Shown in pieces: positions 47,837 through 55,314 of a stretch of 64,000 nt of DNA (position 1 is the first letter of the stretch; every line of letters starts with the position of its first letter). The translations under genes were made by a program, and so were the position numbers. The notes beneath the pieces were generated by a model, which was not told where the DNA came from, searched no databases, and saw nothing but the letters and a program-made list of their open reading frames with translations. This stretch comes from Candidatus Micrarchaeota archaeon (lineage in GTDB: Archaea; Micrarchaeota; Micrarchaeia; Anstonellales; Bilamarchaeaceae), in assembly GCA_018304385.1 (NCBI GenBank), contig JAGVWJ010000008.1:32308-96307 (forward strand), read 5' to 3'.

Positions 47837-50345
47837 ACTGCTTCTTCATCTTAGCAATTAGTTTTTTCTTTTGAGCAGATTCCTTCAATGCGAATTGTAA
47901 AACATCTAAAATATTACTTACTGGAATTATTTTTATTTTCTTCTTCCGCTCAGCGCTTAAATAAACATCCTCAACATTTGTTTTTGGAATTAAAACTATT
48001 TGCAATCCAGAATCAATTGCTGCTTCGATCTTTGCACTAACTCCGCCAATAGGTAAAACCCCTCCTCGTATATCCAGCGAGCCAGTCATTCCTACCTGCT
48101 GATTAATTGGTATATCCGCTAAAGCACTTATTACTCCTATAGCAATGCTTATGCTAGCGCTATCGCCTTCAACACCTTCATAAGTTCCGATAAACTGAAT
48201 ATGGATATCCATCTGCGCTATATCCGTACCAATGTGTTTTTTCACAATTGCAGAAACGTTTTCAACAGCTTCCTTTGCGATTGCCCCAAGCTTGCCAGTT
48301 GCAATTACCTTTCCTTCTGATTTACTGGCAGCAGGTGTAACCTCTGCAACAATAGGCAATACAAGCCCGGCCATTGACTCCCCTAGAACAGCCAAACCAT
48401 TAACCCTGCCATTTGCATAGCCTTCAGTTACTATTGTCTGGTATTCTTTTTTCTGCTCAATTATTTTTTTACCAAGCTGACTTTCTATTGGGTTAAATAT
48501 CTTTCTTGCTTGTAACACATGCTCGCGTTCAACGTATTTCGCCTTTTGCTCGCGCGCAATATCACCAGCAGCGCGCACTAGTCCACCAATTTCTCTTAGA
48601 TTAAGTGTAAAGCGCTTGCGCCTTGAAGATAATCTTCGTGCTTCTTCAATAATTTCAAGCACTGCATCGCGCGAAAAATGCGAGATCTTTCCATCTTTTT
48701 TAACCTCTTGCGCAACGAACTGCACGATTCTGTTTTCATTTTCTTCGCTATCTTCCATTGAATCTTCTACATAAACTTCATAGCCTGCGCCTCGTATGCG
48801 CGAGCGCAATGCTGGATGAATCTGCTGCATATCTGGAAGATTGCCTGCTGCAACTAGTACGAAATCAGTTGGTGCTGGCTCTGTTTTTACTAGTGCACCA
48901 CTGCTCATTTCGCTTTGACCAGTAATTGAATATCTTTTTTCTTGCATTGCTGTTAGCAATTCTTGTTGCCAATGCCATTTCAGCGATGCAATTTCATCTA
49001 TGAATAGAACACCTTTATTTGCTTTGTGCACTGCGCCACTTTCGACACGAAGATGCGGAGGGGTACCAAGGCCGCCAGAATTACTTACTAAAATACCGTT
49101 TGCAAATATGTTTCCTGATTCGGTTGTTATGTTATAAACAAAACCTAATGCATTGATTTCTGAAATTTCATTTATACGAACAGTGCGCGAACCTCTAGAT
49201 AAGAATAACTGATTAGAACCCCCATCATGCGAAACATAATTAATATTCGTAACTATATTTTCGTTGCCTTTCAATTTACTAATTTCAACATACTTTTCAT
49301 TAGTATAAATTTTGTGTTCTGGGGTAACCAAAAGCGAGCCACCACTGTATTTCAATACTTTTAATTTTCCATTATGAGGTCTTCTATTAACTGCGATTAT
49401 TAGAACTTTTCGAATTTTTCCATTCTTGTATCCAAATGTATAAGCCTTTTCCTCTTCTGGCAATAATAAACCTTCATAACTCTCTTCATTTTTTTCTATT
49501 AATCCCGGGTATTTCGCAATCATTTTGTCTACAAATTCATTCATCAAAATATTTTGCAAATTTCCATTTTTTAGTATGTTTATTTCTGTGTTAAAAAATG
49601 ATTGTAACGGATCATGTTTACAATCACCAAGTAATGCGCCCGCTTTTGCACCTGTACCGTCGATGAACGGTGCAGTTTTCTTTTCAGTATTATCTACTAT
49701 TAGTTTTGGGTAACTCTGCTCAAATGGACCAAGCCTTCTGCTTAAGCCCGCAGTTGCATTTGAAATAATAAAAAGAAACGCAAGGATACCTAGCGTAGTT
49801 ATTACCATCCATTTCAAGTTCTCTGGTATATCTATTAGAAAAATTAAAGCAAGCATTGTTATTGCTAATATCATTAAGATAAATGTAGAAGATATCCCCT
49901 TTGGCATCTCATCCATGTTTTTTCTATAATTAGTTATTCTTCTTCCCAAACCTAGCTTTAGCGCCTCTGGTAAAAGCTCAACTTTTTTTTGTTCAGTGTG
50001 TTTTTTTATTACAGCTAACTCCTGTGGCATGTAAAGTCTTGCATAATCAGGATTTTTCTTTAGATAATCGTAAGTGGGATAGGTCTTAACTGTTTTTATT
50101 ATTGGTTGGTTCTCATTATTTGAATTTGGCAAAACCAAAACATCTTCTAGCTCTTCAGTAGGCATAAGCTCTGCCATTGCTTGCGCAAGCATGCTTTTTC
50201 CTGTGCCTGGCGGTCCAATAAGTAAGACATTACGCTTTTGCACAGCTGCCTTTTTTATTATATTAACGCCTTTATCCTGACCAATGATTTGGTCAATTAG
50301 CTTTTCAGGAACTGTGATTTCTTCTGTAGTTTTAAATTGTTTCAT
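47829..50345 (-). CDS. lonB: Archaeal LonB protease (membrane-bound), intein-containing
   Basis: GPPGTGKS, two TM helices, LFIDEI, EGDSAS, GGV.AK Ser-Lys dyad. Confidence 0.96.
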   Translation of the reverse strand: MKQFKTTEEITVPEKLIDQIIGQDKGVNIIKKAAVQKRNVLLIGPPGTGKSMLAQAMAELMPTEELEDVLVLPNSNNENQPIIKTVKTYPTYDYLKKNPDYARLYMPQELAVIKKHTEQKKVELLPEALKLGLGRRITNYRKNMDEMPKGISSTFILMILAITMLALIFLIDIPENLKWMVITTLGILAFLFIISNATAGLSRRLGPFEQSYPKLIVDNTEKKTAPFIDGTGAKAGALLGDCKHDPLQSFFNTEINILKNGNLQNILMNEFVDKMIAKYPGLIEKNEESYEGLLLPEEEKAYTFGYKNGKIRKVLIIAVNRRPHNGKLKVLKYSGGSLLVTPEHKIYTNEKYVEISKLKGNENIVTNINYVSHDGGSNQLFLSRGSRTVRINEISEINALGFVYNITTESGNIFANGILVSNSGGLGTPPHLRVESGAVHKANKGVLFIDEIASLKWHWQQELLTAMQEKRYSITGQSEMSSGALVKTEPAPTDFVLVAAGNLPDMQQIHPALRSRIRGAGYEVYVEDSMEDSEENENRIVQFVAQEVKKDGKISHFSRDAVLEIIEEARRLSSRRKRFTLNLREIGGLVRAAGDIAREQKAKYVEREHVLQARKIFNPIESQLGKKIIEQKKEYQTIVTEGYANGRVNGLAVLGESMAGLVLPIVAEVTPAASKSEGKVIATGKLGAIAKEAVENVSAIVKKHIGTDIAQMDIHIQFIGTYEGVEGDSASISIAIGVISALADIPINQQVGMTGSLDIRGGVLPIGGVSAKIEAAIDSGLQIVLIPKTNVEDVYLSAERKKKIKIIPVSNILDVLQFALKESAQKKKLIAKMKKQFK
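49080..49601 (-). mobile_element. Mini-intein (174 aa) in LonB
   Basis: Interrupts HDPLQ|SGGLGTP; starts SFF, TPEH block B, VYNIT..N.FANGILVSN blocks F/G; no endonuclease motifs. Confidence 0.9.
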
Positions 50346-50355
50346 GTATTCACCA

Positions 50356-51585
50356 TTAGCTCACTACATGTACATCTTTAAATGCGATTCTAGGTGCAAT
50401 TAAATTATCAAATACCTTGCTATTTTTTTCCATCCCTTCTATACTATTGAAAAGATTAAATATATTTCCACTAATTATGAAACCACGAACTGGATTAGCT
50501 TGACCATCTTTATAATGGAAGCCTGCGTTTACTTCAACTCCAAAATCACCGGTTGTTAGGTTTGATGTATGCGTTCCATGCAATGATTTTACTAAGATAA
50601 ACTCCTTTAGCTCATTTTCAAAGTTGGAATAACCATTACTACTATTAATAACAAGATTTGAATTCCCTATGCTTGGAGGTGTAGAATAATCACCCCTACT
50701 ACATGCACCATTTCCCGTATAATTATCCAAAGCTGCTGTTTCGTGGTCGTATAAGAAATTTTTAATAACCCCATTTTCAATCAAAGGAATTCGCCTACTT
50801 GGTGCTCCTTCATCATCAAAAGGCCTGATCGCAGATGCGCTTGCAGCAGCATCATCATAAATATTTAACTCATCACTAAATATTTTCTTATTAACCTTGT
50901 CAGAAATAAAAGATATCTTTCTTCTTTTCCAATCACCTGAAAAAGATGGGAGCAGCACGCTAAGCATGCTATGCAATGCCTCCAAATCAAACACAACGGT
51001 ATAACTTGCACTTTGCATTTTTTTCGCACCTCGCATTGCACGTGCCATTTCTCCTGCTTCCTCTCCTATTTTAACAAAATCTTCTGGTAATGAAACTGAT
51101 GACAGATAAGAATGCCCAAAACCATCATCCAACATTGCCTCGGCATATATTTCAATACCTGTTTTTTCATAGTTTGCATCTAAGCCGCTCGTATTCTTAA
51201 TATTTAATCCCAAATTTCCTGCCTCCACATTTATGCGGCAGTTTTTTGTAAATTTTTCGATACCAGATTTTATTTCATAAATGATATCCTTAAGGTGAGT
51301 CTCATCAATTTCAAGGATTTTCCTATCCATTATATTTATTTTCTTGTAAACTGACTTTTCAACAAAGGAGAAATTCTTTATTTCCAAGCGAGCTGCTTTT
51401 TTAGCATTATCAAGTGCCTTACCTAGGTCTTTCTCCTGCTCGCAATATGCAAATCCAATTTTATTATCATGAAAAACTCTAATACCATAGCCGCTGCTTT
51501 CAAATGCCTCTTTTATTTTTATCTCGTTTTCTGAGAAAAGTAATGAGCTACCGCTCTCTTTTAAGTAAAAAGTCTCATTAACCAT
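50356..51585 (-). CDS. TldD/PmbA-family protein
   Basis: GYGIRV..D.KIGFA, RPFDDEGAP...LIENG, TTGDF..G. Confidence 0.9.
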   Translation of the reverse strand: MVNETFYLKESGSSLLFSENEIKIKEAFESSGYGIRVFHDNKIGFAYCEQEKDLGKALDNAKKAARLEIKNFSFVEKSVYKKINIMDRKILEIDETHLKDIIYEIKSGIEKFTKNCRINVEAGNLGLNIKNTSGLDANYEKTGIEIYAEAMLDDGFGHSYLSSVSLPEDFVKIGEEAGEMARAMRGAKKMQSASYTVVFDLEALHSMLSVLLPSFSGDWKRRKISFISDKVNKKIFSDELNIYDDAAASASAIRPFDDEGAPSRRIPLIENGVIKNFLYDHETAALDNYTGNGACSRGDYSTPPSIGNSNLVINSSNGYSNFENELKEFILVKSLHGTHTSNLTTGDFGVEVNAGFHYKDGQANPVRGFIISGNIFNLFNSIEGMEKNSKVFDNLIAPRIAFKDVHVVS

Positions 51586-51611
51586 AAGTTTATATTTTAT
51601 TTTTAATTTAA

Positions 51612-52181
51612 ATGTTTATGCCTAATGAAGAAAATAAAACTATCCGTTGCTTTTTAGCAGTTGAAATACCTAATGAATTAAAGGATAAGATCGCCAGCTT
51701 GGCTAAGGAGCTAGATATTAAAGGAATAAAATTAGTTGAACCAGAAAACATACATGTAACCCTAAAGTTTTTGGGTGATGTTAAAGAGGATAAGATAAAC
51801 AATATTAAGGAAAGACTACGAACAGTGAACTTCTCAAATTTTAATATCAAACTGCATGGTGTTGGTGTATTCCCAAATGAAAATTATATTAAAGTAGTTT
51901 GGGTTGGCTGCGAAAGCAAAGAGCTTTACATATTGGCAAAAAAGATAAATGAAGCGCTAGCAAGCGAATTCAAAAGAGAGGAATTTACTGCGCACGCGAC
52001 TATTGCGCGTGTTAAACAAAAGGTTGAACTTCATGACTTTTTAGAGAAACATAAAAACGATAGCTTTGGAGAGTTTGTTTGCACTAACTTTGTATTAAAA
52101 CAAAGCGAGCTTAGCAGAGAAGGACCTAAATATACTACTTTAGCAAGTTTTCAGTTCTCAGTTTTGGGTCATGAGTTTTGA
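51612..52181 (+). CDS. thpR: RNA 2',3'-cyclic phosphodiesterase (2H family)
   Basis: HVTLKF and HATIAR motifs. Confidence 0.93.
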   Translation: MFMPNEENKTIRCFLAVEIPNELKDKIASLAKELDIKGIKLVEPENIHVTLKFLGDVKEDKINNIKERLRTVNFSNFNIKLHGVGVFPNENYIKVVWVGCESKELYILAKKINEALASEFKREEFTAHATIARVKQKVELHDFLEKHKNDSFGEFVCTNFVLKQSELSREGPKYTTLASFQFSVLGHEF

Positions 52182-52222
52182 GTTTCGCGTCTCGAGTATG
52201 GAAACTCAAAACGATCAGCGGA

Positions 52223-53029
52223 TCAGAGACTGACTAATGCCACCCCAAACTTGTTGAACGTCAGGCGACCTGCATCGACGCCACACCCGTCGCCGTCGAC
52301 GTAGACGCCACGAACCAGAGGAAGTATATAAGCGTCTTCTATTCTCTGTAAATACCTAGTATCTTTTGATTGTCCTACTGCTTTGCCTTGTGGGATTCCT
52401 GTTTTAGTGTGTGGGACATACCAACCATATTTTCTAATTGGAAAATTTTTTATTAGATGAACATTTGCACCATCTAATACTCTAATTTCATATCTTTTAT
52501 CTCCTAAATCTATTACTTCAAAATCAGGATGTTCTACAACTAATGCACAATTTGTTCTTCCTAAGAATCGTAGAGGAGTATTGAAGGTTACTGAAAGACG
52601 ATCTCTAATAAACCAAATTTCATCAGTACATATTACTTGTTCTCCAAATGGAATGCCTGGCGCTTCATAAATAATTAAAGTTCCTGTCCATACTGGATAA
52701 TTTTTTGTTAAATATTCATAATCAGTGGTTATAATTCTATCATGAACAATGTTTGGAACTACCATTTTTCCTTCTTTTTGAGCTAATGCTAATGCCTCAA
52801 CAAAATTTAATTTTCTATGAAATTCTATTACCTGTTTCACTACTTCCGGATTCGCTTCTCTTAACATTTGCCTTGTTCTTCTTGCTTGTTCTAAATATGA
52901 CTGGCCTGCAACATCTGGCTTTCTTACTTCATGAGGTTCTTCTTTTTTGTATCTGCCAAATACATTGTTTGCGCTGGCTGAAACTACATGTGGAGTAATT
53001 CTATTACCTGCACAGACTAATCTTACCAT
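52223..53029 (-). CDS. Hypothetical protein with DGR-like variable C-terminus (candidate DGR target)
   Basis: GC-rich NNC codon run at the 3' end; LVRG...FGVA frame. Confidence 0.65.
   Translation of the reverse strand: MVRLVCAGNRITPHVVSASANNVFGRYKKEEPHEVRKPDVAGQSYLEQARRTRQMLREANPEVVKQVIEFHRKLNFVEALALAQKEGKMVVPNIVHDRIITTDYEYLTKNYPVWTGTLIIYEAPGIPFGEQVICTDEIWFIRDRLSVTFNTPLRFLGRTNCALVVEHPDFEVIDLGDKRYEIRVLDGANVHLIKNFPIRKYGWYVPHTKTGIPQGKAVGQSKDTRYLQRIEDAYILPLVRGVYVDGDGCGVDAGRLTFNKFGVALVSL
52238..52318 (-). other. Candidate DGR variable region
   Basis: cgt ggc gtc tac gtc gac ggc gac ggg tgt ggc gtc gat gca; downstream hairpin at 52177-52212. Confidence 0.6.
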
Positions 53030-53176
53030 AAGGCTTATCTTGCCAGAAACTGTTTAAAAACCTATCTTTCCCATATATTAACACATAATAATCAGAGCCA
53101 GAGAAGATTTAAATACCCTTATTCACAAAGACAGTATATCAATTTTATGTTTATTTTTAACTGTTGAGGTTTAACT

Positions 53177-53476
53177 ATGACTAAAGCAAAGATTACATTA
53201 AGCGGAGAAAGTCAGAAAGATTTAGAGGGAGTGGTAACACAGATAAAGGAACTTACTACTACCCTTGGAATGAAATTCTCTGGCCCAGTTAGATTACCAA
53301 GGAAAAAGTTGGAAATTTCATGTAGAAAAACGCCTTGCGGAGATGGCAGCGATACTTATGAGCATTGGGAGAAAAGGATAAGCAAAAGGCTCGTAGTAGT
53401 TGAAGGCGACGAGATTAAACAGATTTTACGCGTGAAAGTACCATCAAATGTATTTATCAAAATATTCATAAGCTAA
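53177..53476 (+). CDS. rps10: 30S ribosomal protein S10
   Basis: GPVRLP, RKTPCGDGSDTYEHWE.RI.KR. Confidence 0.95.
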   Translation: MTKAKITLSGESQKDLEGVVTQIKELTTTLGMKFSGPVRLPRKKLEISCRKTPCGDGSDTYEHWEKRISKRLVVVEGDEIKQILRVKVPSNVFIKIFIS

Positions 53477-53487
53477 TTAAATTATTA

Positions 53488-53973
53488 TTGCTAATTTTTG
53501 TTATGCACTTACTCTTAGATGAGATGCTTAAGAAAACTGCGAAATGGCTTAGAATTTTCGGCATAGATACTGAATTTATTGAAGGAAAAAAGGATAGTGA
53601 GTTAATTGATTATGCAACTAAAAATAATCTAATTTTTATTACTAAAGATGAAGAACTAGCGAATAGATGCAGAAAACAAAAAATTAATTACTTGTTATTA
53701 AAATCTGAAAAAATAGCTGAGCAGTTACGTGAGATAAAGAGCTCGCTTGCATTGGAATTTAAATTTCCAGAGCAAACGCGCTGCCCAAGTTGCAATGAAA
53801 GTTTAAAACTAGTTGATAAAGAGAAAGTTAGCGCTTTAGTTCCAGAAAATGTATTGAAGTCTCAAGAAAAATTCTGGCTCTGTGAAAAATGTAACAAAGC
53901 TTATTGGCAAGGATCGCATTGGAGAAATATAACAAAGATCTACGAGGGGGCTAACAAAATATTATCATCATAA
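53488..53973 (+). CDS. Mut7-C RNase (PIN-like) domain protein
   Basis: LDEML...AKWLRIFG.DT, T.D..L, RC..CN, C.KC.K.YW.GSHW. Confidence 0.9.
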   Translation: MLIFVMHLLLDEMLKKTAKWLRIFGIDTEFIEGKKDSELIDYATKNNLIFITKDEELANRCRKQKINYLLLKSEKIAEQLREIKSSLALEFKFPEQTRCPSCNESLKLVDKEKVSALVPENVLKSQEKFWLCEKCNKAYWQGSHWRNITKIYEGANKILSS

Positions 53974-54761
53974 TAACAATGCGGTGCATATGGACTGCGG
54001 ATAGTAACCGGCTTCCCATCTAATCTTATCTCGTCTATTAGCTGGTCGCTTGCTCTTTTTTCTAGCTGCGACACTAAAAATTGCCAGGCTGTTTGCAGAT
54101 TGCGCTTGTTTGCTATTTTAAGCGCTTCAAATAGTATTTCTTGCCCTTTTCTTAGACCAAAACGCCCTAATACTGCTAAGCATTCTCGATATAGCATATA
54201 ATTAGCTGCTGTATCAAATGCCCATGCTACATTTCTATTTTCATCTGTTTTCGCACTCCTATATAATATATCTAAAGACCTATGTAAGATTCCATTGGTC
54301 TCTTCATTATCGATACATTGTAAAAAGATTAAGCTGTGGCGTCCAAACCGGTTTCCTTTTCTAATCCCTTTCTCCGCTCTGTCAGCTCCTTTATTAAATT
54401 CTATAAAATTTGCAATAGCCTCAGCTACTGATTCTTCTAACGGCATTACAACGCGCCATCTCTTAGAATCAAGTATTTTCTCTACCTTAAGATGAACACG
54501 CTCATGATTTCTTATAGACGATTTTTGTGCTGTTTCACCCGATTCGTATGTTACCTTTCCGTCTCCTGCAACTGCATTCAAATCATATAGCACACCATAT
54601 CTGCTTTTTCTTTTTTCCAGCATGTCTCTTAACCTAGTTCTTGCTCTAGCTTTGGCTTCTCTATATCCCATGTTTTTTCCGTCTAATATATAAGAAGCTC
54701 TAATGTGCCTTCTGTCAGAGATTACAATAGCTCCTAGAAACCTTTTGCTATGCGTGGTCAT
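53940..54761 (-). CDS. Hypothetical protein
   Basis: 273-aa ORF with upstream TATA-like box; no recognised motif. Confidence 0.6.
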   Translation of the reverse strand: MTTHSKRFLGAIVISDRRHIRASYILDGKNMGYREAKARARTRLRDMLEKRKSRYGVLYDLNAVAGDGKVTYESGETAQKSSIRNHERVHLKVEKILDSKRWRVVMPLEESVAEAIANFIEFNKGADRAEKGIRKGNRFGRHSLIFLQCIDNEETNGILHRSLDILYRSAKTDENRNVAWAFDTAANYMLYRECLAVLGRFGLRKGQEILFEALKIANKRNLQTAWQFLVSQLEKRASDQLIDEIRLDGKPVTIRSPYAPHCYYDDNILLAPS

Positions 54762-54864
54762 AGCATTAGTATAAAACGAAAGTTATAAAAAGCGTTATTA
54801 AGGGTAACTTAGAAAATAGAATAGTTTAAATTTATATGTAAGCATTTATTCTTATCTTACCTAT

Positions 54865-54980
54865 AGAAAATATAGGACGGCCGACGCAGCAAAAGGCTTT
54901 ATTAGACTGCGTCACTATAGAAAATATCAGTAAAACGACGGCTTTATAATAAAGAGAAAATAGAAGAAAACATAGCTTGG
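54865..54980. repeat. Dispersed ~100-bp hairpin element, copy 3 (includes the tRNA-Ala promoter)
   Basis: Reverse complement aligns with 12573..12690 and 34918..35010; CTTTATAA at ~54942. Confidence 0.8.
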
Positions 54981-55227
54981 GCCTGTAGCTCAGTAGCAGA
55001 GCACCCGCCTTGCACGCGGGGGGCCGAGGGTGCGAGGCCATAGCCCCTTTCTTTAGAAAAGAAAGGGGCTGAGTCATTCACCCCCAAAGAAATGGGTGAA
55101 ACTTGGTTATACTGAACTGCCGATGAATGCGTAGCATTCATCCACAAGCGCATCTCTAAGAAATATCTTAGGATAGCGCGGCTGTTTCGCATAAGTATAA
55201 CAATGGACGAAAATCCCTCCGGGTCCA
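54979..55227 (+). tRNA. tRNA-Ala(UGC) with 177-nt intron at 59/60
   Basis: GGGCCTG/CGGGTCC acceptor with G3:U70 and A73; CCCGC-CT-TGC-AC-GCGGG; GAGGG-TGCGAG|T-CCCTC. Confidence 0.88.
55037..55213 (+). ncRNA. 177-nt structured tRNA T-loop intron, copy 2
   Basis: Homologous to 27949..28125. Confidence 0.8.
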
Positions 55228-55314
55228 TTTTTCTTTTTCTTGTCTTCAGTCTTGGGTTTTGAGTTCTGGTGATACTTTATAAATATTAATAGATAAAAAG
55301 AACTTAGGATCTGC

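Noticed and set aside
55037-55213. 177 nt is a multiple of 3 (rolling-circle ORF) and similar in length to IS110 bridge RNA
   Set aside because: All three frames contain stops; no IS110 recombinase is present, so length alone is not evidence
54832-55228. Two minus-strand ORFs (81 and 94 aa)
   Set aside because: Antisense to tRNA-Ala, its intron and the repeat element
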